Assembly: GCF_018350175.1 (NCBI RefSeq)
Contig: NC_058369.1
Location: 3,040,001-3,104,000 of the forward strand
Direction: 5' to 3'
Source of the DNA: Felis catus
Taxonomy: Eukaryota
Length of the DNA stretch: 64,000 bases
Shown here in pieces: positions 10,628 to 24,005 of the stretch (its first letter is position 1; the number at the start of each line of letters is the position of its first letter). Both the position numbers and the translations under genes were made by a program. Below the pieces are notes generated by a model. That model was not told where the DNA came from. It was given only the letters and a program-made list of their open reading frames with translations, and did no database searches.

Positions 10628-12526
10628 AGAAAAATGATTTTTTTTTTGTCTGGTTTTTCATCTTTTGTCTTTTTGTTTTTGTTTTTATTACTTTTAAAGC
10701 TTCTCCCCCCCACCCCCAAAAGTGCATTTTTATCAATTGATTTTTTTAAATCTCCCACACTTTATAAAGACTCTCAAATACAGTTTATGGAATGTCTGCT
10801 CTGTGCTCTGTGCCCCCGGGCACCGCCCCTGCCCCCCCCCCACCCCCCCCCCGTTCACCAGGCCCGGCCCCCCAAAGTCCAAGGCACCTTGTATCTGGGC
10901 CTGGGAGGGGCGGGGGGGACCCTGGGCCTCAGGAACCCTGGCCATGGCCTCCAGGCAGCCCCGGCATCGGGACGGGGGTCTCCCCAGCCCCTCCACCTCC
11001 TGGCCCTGCCTGCCCACCCCCTGTGTAAATCTCTGTCCTTAGTGCGAGCTAGTCTGAACTCTGAGGTTATGGCTCCCGGGGCGCCCGAGCCCCCAGGCCC
11101 TGACCCGTCCTGCGCCAGCCGCCCTCCAGGAAGGCTGCTTCCTCAGCTTAAATAACTTTTTAAAATAAAACTGCAAATATAAATATCTTTCTTTCTCAAA
11201 AAATAGGATTTTTGCTTTTTTTTTTTTTTTTTTTTTTCTGTTTTAAATTTTTTGTCCTGCTTTCCCTTTTACTCTGTCTGGCCTCCTACAATCCCGGCTG
11301 CCTGGACTGCCTCGGTCCTGGGGGGCCCCTCCCCCCGCCCGGCCCAGCCTCGACCCCACCATGCGCGACGTGTCCAATGCTGCTGCCCCCCCCCCGCCCC
11401 GGCTCCCGCCACCGGGGCCCCCCCCAACCCCGGAAGGAAGTAAAGGGACAGCCAGGTACAAGTGGCGACAAGATGGCCACAGGGGGGTCTCCTGGGCCAG
11501 CCACCCAAGGGGGGGGCCGACTTTGGTATGGCCTGCTGGAACCCGGAGAGGCGCAGGCCCACACCCGTGCCAGGCTGGGCCTGGTCCGGAACTTTACATT
11601 CACTGGGTTTTAAGTTTTGTTTGTTTTTTTTTTTTTTTTCTGTTTTGTAGTGTTTTTTTGCTTTTTTTTTTTTTTTCTTAATCTCAAAAGGTGGGGTCAG
11701 GGTGGGGGGGGGGTGCTAGGCAGGGAGAAGTAGCAAGGGTGTTAGCCTCTCTCTCCTAGGTCCCACAGGCCAGCTGACCGCTCCGGGGGGTGTTGGGGGA
11801 GGCCCTCCGGCACACACCTTCCCCCCCCCCCGGGAGCTCCCCCCCCAACCCTGCCCGGAGCCCCTGGCCCGGACCTCACTCTCGCACACACGCTCGCACA
11901 CATCCACCCAACTTCACCAAGATGATGGAAATAACAATTTCGCTTTGTTTTTCTTTTCTTTTTTTTTTTTTTTTTTTGTACCAGGCAGTTAAAAAAAAAA
12001 AAAACACCCCAAAAAAAGAAAACACAAAAAAAAAAAAACCCAAACAACCAAACAAAAAAACGTTTTGCTGTGTCCTTTCTGACCAGTCAGCACGCTCCCC
12101 CTCAAATATTTTTTTTTTGTTTGTTTGTTTCCTGAAACGCGAGAACTCAGCAGTATCTTTGGCAACACTTGATCACGACCTTAATTTAAAGAATAAAAAT
12201 AAAATCGATCCACGTCTATGTACAGTATGTGATTGCGCGGGGTCAGGGGCCGGGGTCCCGGCGCTGGGCCCATGCGGACGCTGCGGCCCCTAGGACGGGC
12301 GGGCGGGCCAAGGGTTAAGGCGGAGTGGGTGGGCAGGGCGATCAGAAGCGGAGCTCAGAGCTAGGGGCAGGGGTTTAGTGCAATTCCCGAGGAAGTCTGT
12401 GTTAAAAGTGTGCTCGGCGGGGATTCAGCCCTTGACCCCGCCATAGTCCCAGAGGCCTTGATCCCCCCCACCCCGAGTCCAGCCGCCCCCACTGGCCAGG
12501 ACGACAGCTGTGATTTTTCAGTTGGT

Positions 12527-12532
12527 TTTATT
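12527..12532 (-). terminator. ZBTB7A: ZBTB7A proximal polyadenylation signal AATAAA
   Basis: Minus strand AATAAAACCAACTGAAAAATCACAG followed by GT-containing sequence. Confidence 0.6.
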
Positions 12533-15004
12533 GCGAGGGGGTGTATGGGGGTGGGGAGAGGGCTGTCCCCTCAGGGAACCTCTCAGCTGGGGTGGGGTGG
12601 GGGGGGTCCCTGGCCTGGGCGCTCGAGCTCTCTGCTTGGCCTCCACAGATGGTTCTCCAAAAGGGCTTACTCTATGACACCGGGGTGTGAGGGAGGCCAC
12701 CCGGCCCTGGGCTCCCCTGCCACCCCCCCTCAGAAGGGGGGGTCCTGAGACATTTGGGGGGCTGACGGGCTCGGGGGGAGGGGTGATGAATAGTATCCTG
12801 TAGAAACAATGATGAAAGTTGCCTTCTTAAAAAGCTTCCCTTTAAAAAAAAAAAAAAAAAAAAAAGACAAGACGGGGTCTGTCACAGAGCAAAGGGGCAC
12901 AGGGAGACGGGCCAGCAGCTGGAGGGGGGGGGGGAGCAGGGGCACCCCTCACCTTGGGCTTTGATGGGGGAGGGTCTCGGCTTGACAGAGCGTCTATTTA
13001 CAGGGTCCCACGCTAGGCATTGCATATGCGAGAGGGCGTTGGGGTGAGGGTGCCCTGGCCTCTGGCAACACGGTCTCCCCAGCCCTGGCCCCCGTCCGTG
13101 GCCTGTGGCTCGGTCAGTACCGGGCCTTTGGGGAGCCAGAGGCTGGGGGGAGGCGGGTGCCAGCCCCCAGATTACAGTCAGTGCCTTTGAATAAAAAGAG
13201 GGGTGCCTGGGGGAATATAAGGCCCTGGAGGTGGGGCCCCGCCACCCACCTCGACGGGGTTGACCTGTCCCACATGGCGGCTCCTTGGTGGCCACAAGGA
13301 AGGGCGGCCATGCTGGAGGGCGGGGAGCCCCAAAGTGGGCGAGGGGCGAGGGCAGGGGGTGGGGGGAGGGGGGGGGGAGACTGGATTGCTCTAGCTGGTT
13401 GGAAGGCCAGCCCTCTCTCGGGCCCATCCCTGAGCTGGGGAGTCAGTAAGGAGGGTCCCCGCAGACACGGGTGGCCAATCGTATGGCTGGCAGGTGATGA
13501 GACACCTCCGAATCAGAACCAAAACAGGACAGAATGGGAGGGGGGCGGGGGGGGGGGACACGGCAGAAACACAAAAAAAACCCCACGGTCCTGCCTGCAA
13601 GGCAAGGCTTTGGCCCCCGGGTCAAAGCACGAACACCTCAGAAGACCTCGCCCCCGTGCCTTCCTGACCCCTCTCACCTCGGGGAACAGAAGTGGATTCT
13701 GCATCTGCGGTGGGTTTTTTTTTTTATTATTTTGTACAAAAATAAATTGACTTTTAGGAATTTCTTTTTGCTCTCTCTCTCGCTCGCTCTCGCTCGCTCT
13801 CTTTTATTTTTTATTTTTTTTGTCTTTTCGACTTTTCATAGAAGTTGGTTGCAACTTGTAAACATGTTTTTAAATTAAGAATTAAGATAAAGTATAGTAC
13901 CCGTTCTGTTACAAAGTGCCAAGACTTCTATTTGTGGTTGGTTGTCTTTTTTTTGTGTGTTTTTTGTGGTTTTTTGTTTTTTTTTCCTTTCATTTTGTAA
14001 AATGTTGTCTTTATTGCTTTTGTGACACGAGAACCTCTGGACTCTTCTCCCCTCCTCCCTGCCACCTCGAGACCCTGGGCTCCCTCCGCTCTGGCCTCGT
14101 CCACCCCACACTGTTGCTTTGCTCCTCTGAGGAAAGTATATTTTATATATATATATCTATATATATCTATATATAAATTTTGTTTTTAAGGAGGAAAAGA
14201 AAAAAAAATCTAAAAAGTGCTTTAAAAACTTGGGAGAGGGCTAAGGGGAGGGTAAAGACAAAAATGTTTTGAATCTCCAAACGTCTCGTGGGGTCTGGGT
14301 GGCCTGGGTCGGGGAGCACGGCCTGGGGGGGGAGGGGGGGTGGCGGGGCGCCCTGAGCGGCGGTCCGGGGGGGGGGGGTCCGCCAGGGTGTAAGTGCCGT
14401 GAAGGGAGGCGGGGGCAGCCCCCCCCCCCCCCCCCAGGGAGCCACCCTGGCGCCCCCTCCCCCGACTCCCCTCTCCGGGCCTGGAAATAAATAGATTTGT
14501 GTCACAGCGGCCAGGACACATACAGGACCACAGGCAGGAGCGGGAGGCAGGGAGGTGGGGGGGGGGGGGGGAGACCCCCACTTAGTAAGTGCCCTGAGGA
14601 AGGAGGGTGGGGGTGGGGACAGGGTGCATTTTAACGTCCACTCACAGCGGACAGAGATCATTTAAGGTCTTGTCTGAAAGACTCATAGAAACCAGCGAGG
14701 GCATGAGAACAAAAGCCCACCCCAGTGCCCCAGCCCCCGCGGCCACCCTCACCCCCACCTGGCGCCTGGGGCCCTGACCAGGCCTCAGATGGGACCCCAG
14801 ACTCCATGCTGGGTGTGCCCCGCGGGGGGGGGGGAGGGGGGGGGCTCAGAATCTAGATGTCCCACAAAAACCCCAAACCGAGCCCCGAAACCCGTCGGCG
14901 GGGTGGGGGTACGGGGAGCCGGAGCGGGGGCGAGGGTCCCCGCGGAGGGAGAGAACATCATGAAGGAGAAAAATCTCAGAAAAGCACTACCCTAGATTCT
15001 GTGG

Positions 15005-15102
15005 CGCCTCATATATATATATCTGTATATATATATATAGATATAGATATCTGTATATAGATAGATTTTCTTTTTTTGTGTTTTTGGGGGGGTGGTGGGT
15101 GA

Positions 15103-15157
<55 letters not shown>

Positions 15158-15165
15158 TCTCTCGG
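15005..15165. repeat. (TA)n/(TAGA)-type and (CT)n microsatellites just after the ZBTB7A stop
   Basis: atatatatat..atagatat 15010-15064; (CT)n ~15107-15163. Confidence 0.9.
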
Positions 15166-15189
15166 GTTTCTGTTTTCTCTTTTTGGTTT

Positions 15190-15688
15190 TCAGGCAAGTC
15201 CGGCCGCGAAGCTGCCGTCGGCGGTGGCCCCGGCGCCCCCGTCGCCTCCCCCTCCGCCGGCACCCGCTACATTCAACCTGCTCAGGCCGTCAGCGCCGGC
15301 CTCGTCCTCGTCCTCGTCCTCGTCCTTAAAGTGCTTCTCCTGGCCGTTGCGCCGGCCGTCGGGGGAGCCGGGCGGGGCCGCGGCGCCGGGCGGGGCGGCG
15401 GCCCCCGGGGAGGGGTCGGGCCCCCCGAGCGCCCCGCCCCGCACGCGGGGCTTGCGGCCGCGGCGCGAGGGGACGCCGTTGCAGCCGTCCTTCTTGAGGT
15501 GTCTGTGCAGGTGGTCGGAGCGCACGAAGGTCTTGCAGCAACTGTCACACTGGTAGGGGCGCAGGCCGGTGTGCACGCGCATGTGGTTCTTCAGGTCGTA
15601 GTTGTGCGCGAAGGCCGCCCCGCACTGCTGACACAGGTACGGCTTCTCGCCCGTGTGCTTCCTCATGTGCACCTTGAGCTTGTCTTGC
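15190..15688 (-). CDS. ZBTB7A: ZBTB7A last coding exon: end of ZF2, ZF3, ZF4 (C2HC-type), RRGRKPR NLS, C-terminus ...SFAAGLA*
   Basis: cacag acceptor at 15689-15690; [19 protein letters not shown]...; with exon 2 gives a 1755-nt CDS (584 aa). Confidence 0.97.
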
Positions 15689-15974
15689 CTGTGGGCGGGG
15701 CGGAGGGGGGTGGTCAGCGGGCCACGGCGGGAGACGTGGGCCCTCCGCGCAGGGGTGGGGACAAGCCCGGGAATGCCGGGGCACCCGGGGCAGTGGGCCC
15801 GAGACGTGGGCCCTCGGCGCTGGGGAAGCGACACCCACAGGGGCTGGAAAACGCCTTGCACTCCCCCCCCCCCCGCCCCGCCCCCGCTCAAATGGCAGAA
15901 CCTCTCCGAACCCCTTTTATCCATAGGAGGGAAATAATGGCGCTTCCCTCTGGGGGTTCTGCCTGCGGCACCTG

Positions 15975-16480
15975 CATTCATTCACAACACTAGGCATTTA
16001 CTGAGTGCCTGCTGAATACCAGACCCTGTTTCCGGTGCTGGAAAATACTACAGGGCATGAGGCAACACGCCAGGGTGTTTGGTAACAGAGAGGGTGGCCA
16101 GCTGTCCTGGTCTCTAAGACCGAAAGTCCTGCATTCTGGGACAGAGGGTCTCCACCCCACAGCCCCCAGTCTCCGTCAACTCCCCCAGCACCTCTGTCTT
16201 TCTCTGCTCTGGCCGCGCCGGATTCCTGGCTGTCACTACAACAGGCTGAGCACAAGCCTACTTCAGGACCTTTGCACATGCCGTTCCTGCTGCCTGGAGC
16301 CCTTTTTAACTGGACCTTGGTATCTGACTTCCAGCTCAGACGTCACTTCCTCAGACAGGCCCCTCCCCACCTCGCACTCCACCCCACCCACCCCGCGTCC
16401 CTCAGGCCACCACCTCTCACTCGTTTGTGTGCCAGTTTCCTTGTTCCTCATCTGTCTGCCTGCCTGGACTGCGAGCCGCA
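15975..16480. mobile_element. L2 fragments
   Basis: cattcattca..catttactgagtgcct; ggacctttgcacatgccgttcc..tgcctgga; cagacgtcacttcctcagacaggccctcc. Confidence 0.65.
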
Positions 16481-16609
16481 AGACAGCGGGGCCCGGGTGA
16501 TTCCGGGGCCCCTGCCTGCCCATCTCGCCCCACAGGGAACGGTGCGGAGCCAGCCAAGCTGGCCAACGGATCAGCCCTAAAGCAACGACAGTCCGGGTGC
16601 TGCTCCGTC

Positions 16610-16905
16610 TCACACAGCAGCCACGGCTCTCACACGCGGCCCGAACCCTCGAGACGTGGCCTGTTCAAGCTGAGATGGGCCACCAAGTCCAAAAGGCGCC
16701 CCAGATCTTGAAGGCTTCGTTCGCGTAACGTGTCCTGCAAACTGGCTCGCTTAGAGCTCTGTACGCTGATTACACGTTGAACGCAAGAAAAATGGACGTC
16801 AAACACGACTCGAGTCACTTTCACCTGTTCCTTTCACTTTTTAAAAAATGCGCCTACCGGAAGATGTCAAATCACAGAGGTGACTCACGTGATCGCTGGG
16901 TTGGC
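16610..16905. mobile_element. MER33-like hAT-Charlie relic, GC/CpG-shifted
   Basis: gctgagatgggc..tgattacacgttgaa..tttcacctgttcctttcacttttttaaaaatgcgcctacc colinear with recalled MER33. Confidence 0.6.
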
Positions 16906-19192
16906 CTCTAGCCGTGGGAGAGGATTCCTGCCTGGAATCCACAGGGCAGGGGCAGAGACCTGGGTCTCCGGAACCCTGGCCAGCATCTGACCCGTTCCTT
17001 GCTGCAGCCTCTTGCACCCTACGGCTCAGCCATCCTGGGCCTCTCACTTTTCACACCTACCGCAATGCTCAGTGCCGGGACCGACAAACTCCTATGCATC
17101 CGTCAAAGCCCCATCTCAAATGTCCCTCCTCCTCCAGGAAGCCTTTCCCACTCCTCAGAGACTTGTTCTCCCCAGGCTCTTCTAGCCCCAGGTCCCTACC
17201 TCTGGCACCACCCACAGAGCTCTAACCCTTTCAAGCCTCCCTATTGCCCTGAGGTTCAAGGCCTGGCCCTTTGCAACCAGACCCCTGCCTCTTCTCCAGC
17301 CTTATAATCCCACGTGAGTCAACAGAACTCGGGACACAGTGAACTCCTCGTTCCCTGGACCGCCCGGGTCTCTTAGCCCCGAGGGAGCGCCCTTCCCTCC
17401 ACCTCCTCAGAGTCTACGAACACGGTCTCCCGCTTGTCCCGTCCAGATCCCAGCGCGGGCCAGGTCCAGAGGGGACAGCAGGGACTCCGACTGAGGAGCA
17501 GAGAGACTCCTCCAGTTAAGGCTCAGAGAGGCAAAGCGACCTGTCCCAGGCTGCACAGCGGGCCAGGGGCTGCCCGGTGGTGGGGTGGGGGTGGAAGCAG
17601 CCTGTTTCGTCACCCCGAGCCCTGGTCCGGGTAATTATAGCCCCGGCTGCCACAGGCCCCGCTTACTCAACTCTCTAGTGTGACTCACAGGGGCCCCTGG
17701 GCTCCCTGGCCTGGAGGAAGGCGTGGGGGCTGGGGCCCTGGGTTGGGGGCAAAGAGGAGCCAGGTGGGCACGTGGGGGTAGAGGCCCGGCCTGGTGTGGC
17801 GCTCCCTGCCTCAGTTTCCCCGCCTGGTAAACAGGATCAGCCTGAGTCAGGGTGGGGTAGCCAGGAGAGCTCCAGTTCAGAATGAAGCCACCTGAGGCCT
17901 GTCATTAGGGGTGTGGGACCGGGGCGGGGGGGGGGGGGGGGGGGAGTGTCAGGGGAGCCCCAGGCCCCTTCTCACCCTGCTCACATCTCCAGATCCTGGC
18001 TTACTGGGCCTCTACAAAGCTGCCCCTCCTGGGCCCAGAGACCCTGAGGGCACAGCCCACAGCCACCTTACGACCCCTGTCTGGAGGAAGAGGCAGGCCC
18101 CGAGACTAACAGCGCCCCAATCTCACCAAATGGGGGGGGGGCAGGTCCCCAAATAGATTCCCACCTCCCAGGTGGCACCCTTTACCCCCTGCTTAGGGTC
18201 CCGAGCCCTGCAGTCTGGGCCACACCCTCTTCTCCTGGCCTGGTGGGGAAGGGGCCGGGGGTCAGCCCCTAGATCCTGTCCCCACGGGGCAGGGCCGGGA
18301 AGCTGGGACAATGGCCTCTTTCTTCAGCCTGGGTGGGCGTGGCTGGGGGAACCCCAGGGCGGGTGGGGGTAGGGGGTGATGCTGAGTCACCCAGCCTGGC
18401 CAGGCCCCTGCACGCCAGCCCCCCGCGCCCCCCCCTCCCCCCCCCGCCGCCGGCTGGCCCACAGGGCCCAGCCAGCCAGCTCTGGACTCTTAAGACCCAA
18501 TCACAAATTCCCCTAGCCTGGCCTCCAACTCCTCCCGCCTAGGGACCAAACCCAGGGGCTCCCATGTCCATTTCCCTCCTGCTGCGGCCGCGACCCCCAA
18601 GCTGAACTGGCCTCAGGGCCTTTGCAGTGGCGCTTCCCTCCTCGGGGACTCAGCTCTCTGTTTAAAACAGCCGCCGCCCCCTCCCTGGTTCTCTGCTCCC
18701 AACTTGCGTTCTCAACTCTGTGGTTTTAGCTCACACACGCCCCATGGCCCGCACGGGGATTCTGGCGTGCCTCTCCACTCCTGGGTCCCCCGGGGCCTAG
18801 GACAGGGCCTGGCACCCAGCAGGTGCTCCGTAAATGCTGGCCGAGTAGAGCGAGTCCCCCGGGGCTCCTGGGAGACTCAGGGAGGCAGCCCGGCTCCCCC
18901 CGCCCTACGGGGCAGCCACCCTCTCCCCAGGCAAACGTCGTGGGCCTCCAGTCCGGAGGAGAAGAACGCCCCCACCCCCGACTCCCGGGCCTTCCCTCGA
19001 GCCTGAGCCTCCCGTGGTCCGGCCCCGACGCCTATGGGCTCGGCCTGGGGAGTGCCCGAGCCCTCCCCCGCCCGAGACAGAGAAAGCACCATCCCTGGAG
19101 GAGACAGCGGTGCTGCGGGGGGCGGGGGTCCCAGCGTGCCCGCTGCACCCCGTCCCCCGCCCCCCACCCCCGCCCCGCGGCGCACCGGCTCA

Positions 19193-20638
<1,446 letters not shown>

Positions 20639-23600
20639 TTATCAACGGGCAAAACCCACGCCGGGGGCTCGAGCGACAGATCCTGACGCCCCCCCCCCCT
20701 TCCACCAGAGGGCCCCCTAGAGTGCCCGGCCAAGGGATGATTTGAGGCGGTACGGGAGCACGCAGTAGGCGCTCGATAAATGCCTTGCTTCCTAATGAAT
20801 CTGAGTGCTGGCTTCTGCCCGCACCCTCTCTAGGAGGCGGTGATGCAAGGCACCCACTGTGTGCTGTCATATGCCCGAGCCCCCCCGCAGTCCCTGCAGG
20901 CAGCACCGTCCGCCCTATGGAGGTGAGAAAACAGGGCTCCGGGAGGAGAACCACGCCCACGGCCCCTCAGCCGTACCCCGACTCAAACCTAGGATGTGTG
21001 ACCCGGGGGACAACCCGGTCGTCAGTCCCTGCCTGGCCCCTGGGCCTCTCTGACCTCCCAGTGAGGCTCCGAGTCAGGAGGAAAGGGTAAGGCCAAGACC
21101 CGGGGACCAGGCTGTGGGCGTGCCCTGGAGGGGCGGAGCCAGCGGCCACACGACAAGCCACTTCCCGCGCCTCGCGGAGCCCCCAGCACGAAGCAGCTCA
21201 GCTTGGCCCAGGCACAGCAGAGAGTCACGGGGTGATGGGGGGGGGGGACGACTGCCTGAGGCTCCTTTTCCCTGCCCACCCAGGCTGAACCCCCAGAAGA
21301 GAAGCAGGGGCTTTCTGTCCACCTCATGCCCACCCGGCTCCTCCCCAACTCTTGGCCACCCTGTTCGGCCCAGGGCCTCAGTCTCCCCATCTGTCGAATG
21401 GACAGAGAGGCCTTTGGAAAAGCTGGCGGTAGTGGTGGGGGACACTCCGTCTGTCCTGCCCCTCTCCCCCACTCCCTTTTTCCGCCTTCCCCTGGGCTGT
21501 GACTCATCCACCCACTCGGGCGCTTGTGCAACCCTCTGGCTCCTGTCCCCACCCCTCCACCCTCTCCGGGGAGCCCCCAGCTGCCCCAAGCCACCCAACA
21601 CAACCCACGTTCCTCCGGGTGCCCAGCTCTCAGGACTGAGCCCCCAGACATCTCCCGGGAGGGGGGCCGCGCCTTCCTTGGCCTAAGGGCCTCGGGACCC
21701 CCAGCCCTCCAGGCAGAGCACGAGCAGCTCAACCCAGCTCCGACCCACATCCCTCCCACCTCGAGTGGACCAGCCTGGCAAGGGACCCCGGGGTTGATCT
21801 GGCCCGACCCAAGGCCAGGCCGGGACTGTCCCGACCCGGGGCCGCCCTGGGAGCAGGGCCCTGGCCCTGGGGCTGACACAGAGGCCTTTGTGTGGCCACT
21901 CGGGCCCGCACTACACTTCCCAGGACGCCTCTCTCTGCGGCCCGCCCTCTTTCCCGCTGACCACACCAGCTGCTCGGCTCCCCCCTCTGTTCCGCCAGCC
22001 TGTGGTGGGGCCGGGGGGGGGGGACGCTCAGATGTGGCTGTTGGGAGCAGGAGATGGGGGGGACGCCCGACCCCATCTGAGGCCCAGCCACGGAAGCCTC
22101 GGAGGAGCCCCTGTGGCGGCTCCCACCCCCTGCCACCATCTGCCGTCTGGCCCCAGGCCCCAGGGAGCAAGTGGGCAGATGGGCTCCGGATCAGACTGGC
22201 CTCGGCCCTCCTCACCCCCTTCTGATCCGGGCCACCAAGGCCTCAAGATGGCCACCCTGGCCCCGCTTGCCATCCTCCCCCCAGGTGCCTCAAGGTCCGG
22301 ACCTGCAATGGTTCAGAGGATTCACCAGCACCTCCCCCCCACCCCCGCCCCCCCAGGCTGCCCCACCCCTGCCTTCCCACGGGCACCGCGCCTGCCGGGC
22401 AAGGGGGCTGGCGCAGCCCGGCCCGAAGTATGAAGATGCTCGGGCTCCGGTTTGCAGCCGGCCCGGGGCCCCGGGCCTGGGTCTCCACCAGCCAGGCGAG
22501 CCTGCAGCGCGGCGCGGCCCGTAGGTCCAAAGGCCACGTCTCTGTCCCCTCCAGCCAGGGCCTCTGTTTCCCCCACGTAATCCTAAGAGACCCCCCACCC
22601 CCACCCCCAGCAAGCCCTTGCCTCATCCCTCAGCCTGGAAACTAAACTGGGTCTGCAGACAACCTGGCCCACACCCTCCCGCCACCTGCGTGCCACACCC
22701 CAGGCCACTGCCCCCACCCCTTGGGACCCCTCCCTCTAAGGCAGAGGCAGAAAACCCTGCGCGGGTCAGGCGGGCGACCCGGCAGTTAAAAGGCACCTGT
22801 TTGCTGAACACCCACTGTGCGCCACGGCATCTTCTCGCCAGGACAGCCGTGTGGCCTCCTGCACCCTAAGAGGCCCGGCCGGCACCTGACACCCAGTAGG
22901 TGCCCCCACGCCAGGTGGCTGCGCCGGTCAGGACGACCCAATGAAACTTCCCTCCTCCAGGAAGCCCCACCCCCACGCCGGCCAGGTCCCCACCCTCCAG
23001 GGCCAGGGTCCTCACAGCTCGGGCCCACACCCACCCAGCCCATCTTTCATCAGAGCCCCGCCCCCGCCTCCATGGGATTTCCGGGGCGCTCGGTGCTGAC
23101 TCGGCGGCCGAGGGGCAGGCCTCAGCAGGCTCCCCCCCTCCCCCCACCCCCGCCGCCGGCGCACAGTAGGGGCGCAGCAAACCGGATGAACCAAAGACCA
23201 CAGAGCTATGCGCGGAGTGAGCCCACACCCAGCCCCGCCCACCCGGCTGGCGCGCTCCCCCGGTCCCACCTCTGAGCTAACCTAGGGTCATTTATTTGCT
23301 GCACGGTTTCCAAGGCGGCAGAACCCGGGCCTGTCGGGAGCCCTCCCCGGGGCCTCCCGTGTGCCCTGGACGATTGGGGGCTAACTGGCACCTCGTTTCA
23401 TCCTTCTCGCTGTAAGCCCAGGGCTTTACAGAACGAGGAGAGGCTCAGAGAGGTGAGGAGGCCTGGGCAAGGGCACACAGCAGACCAGCGGCCAGGCCGG
23501 GGACCCAGCGCCAGGTCAGGAGTGCCCCCGCCTGGCCCCGGGAGCAGCAGGTGTGGCAAGGGCATCCTGAGCGCGGAGAACAGGACAGGCAAAGGCCGGG

Positions 23601-23917
23601 AGGTGGGCGCCCCGGAGAGGGACAGGGGGAGGAGGCCCTATTTACCGTGCTTCCCAAGGTCAGGGGCAAGGTGAGGGTTGGGGCGGGCCTCCTCCTTCTC
23701 CCCCCTCCCCAGACTCTCGGGAAGGAGAGGGGGTGGCCAGCAGGGGGTGGGCAGGTAACTGCCACCTGCTGTCTTCCTGGAAGAGGGGGCGAGGGGGGTT
23801 GCATTATGAGCGGTTGAGGCCTGTCTATCCCCCACGCCCCGGCCCCGACACAGAGTAGAACAGGAAACCAAAGAAGGGACCTCTGACACCTACTGTGTGC
23901 CGTGCACAGCAGTCCGG

Positions 23918-24005
23918 GCCCAAATCCCAGGTCCTCCACTTCCAGGCTGTAGGACACTGGGCAAGAGGCAGGGCCTCTCTGTGCCTCAGTTTCCTCGGAG
24001 GTCAT
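23918..24005 (+). mobile_element. MIR
   Basis: aaatcccagg..ctgggcaag..cctctctgtgcctcagtttcctc. Confidence 0.65.

Larger units (their letters stand above)
10590..15189 (-). other. ZBTB7A: ZBTB7A long 3' UTR (distal end approximate)
   Basis: Continuous with last exon; alternating A/T homopolymer and G/C-run blocks; several poly(A) candidates. Confidence 0.7.
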
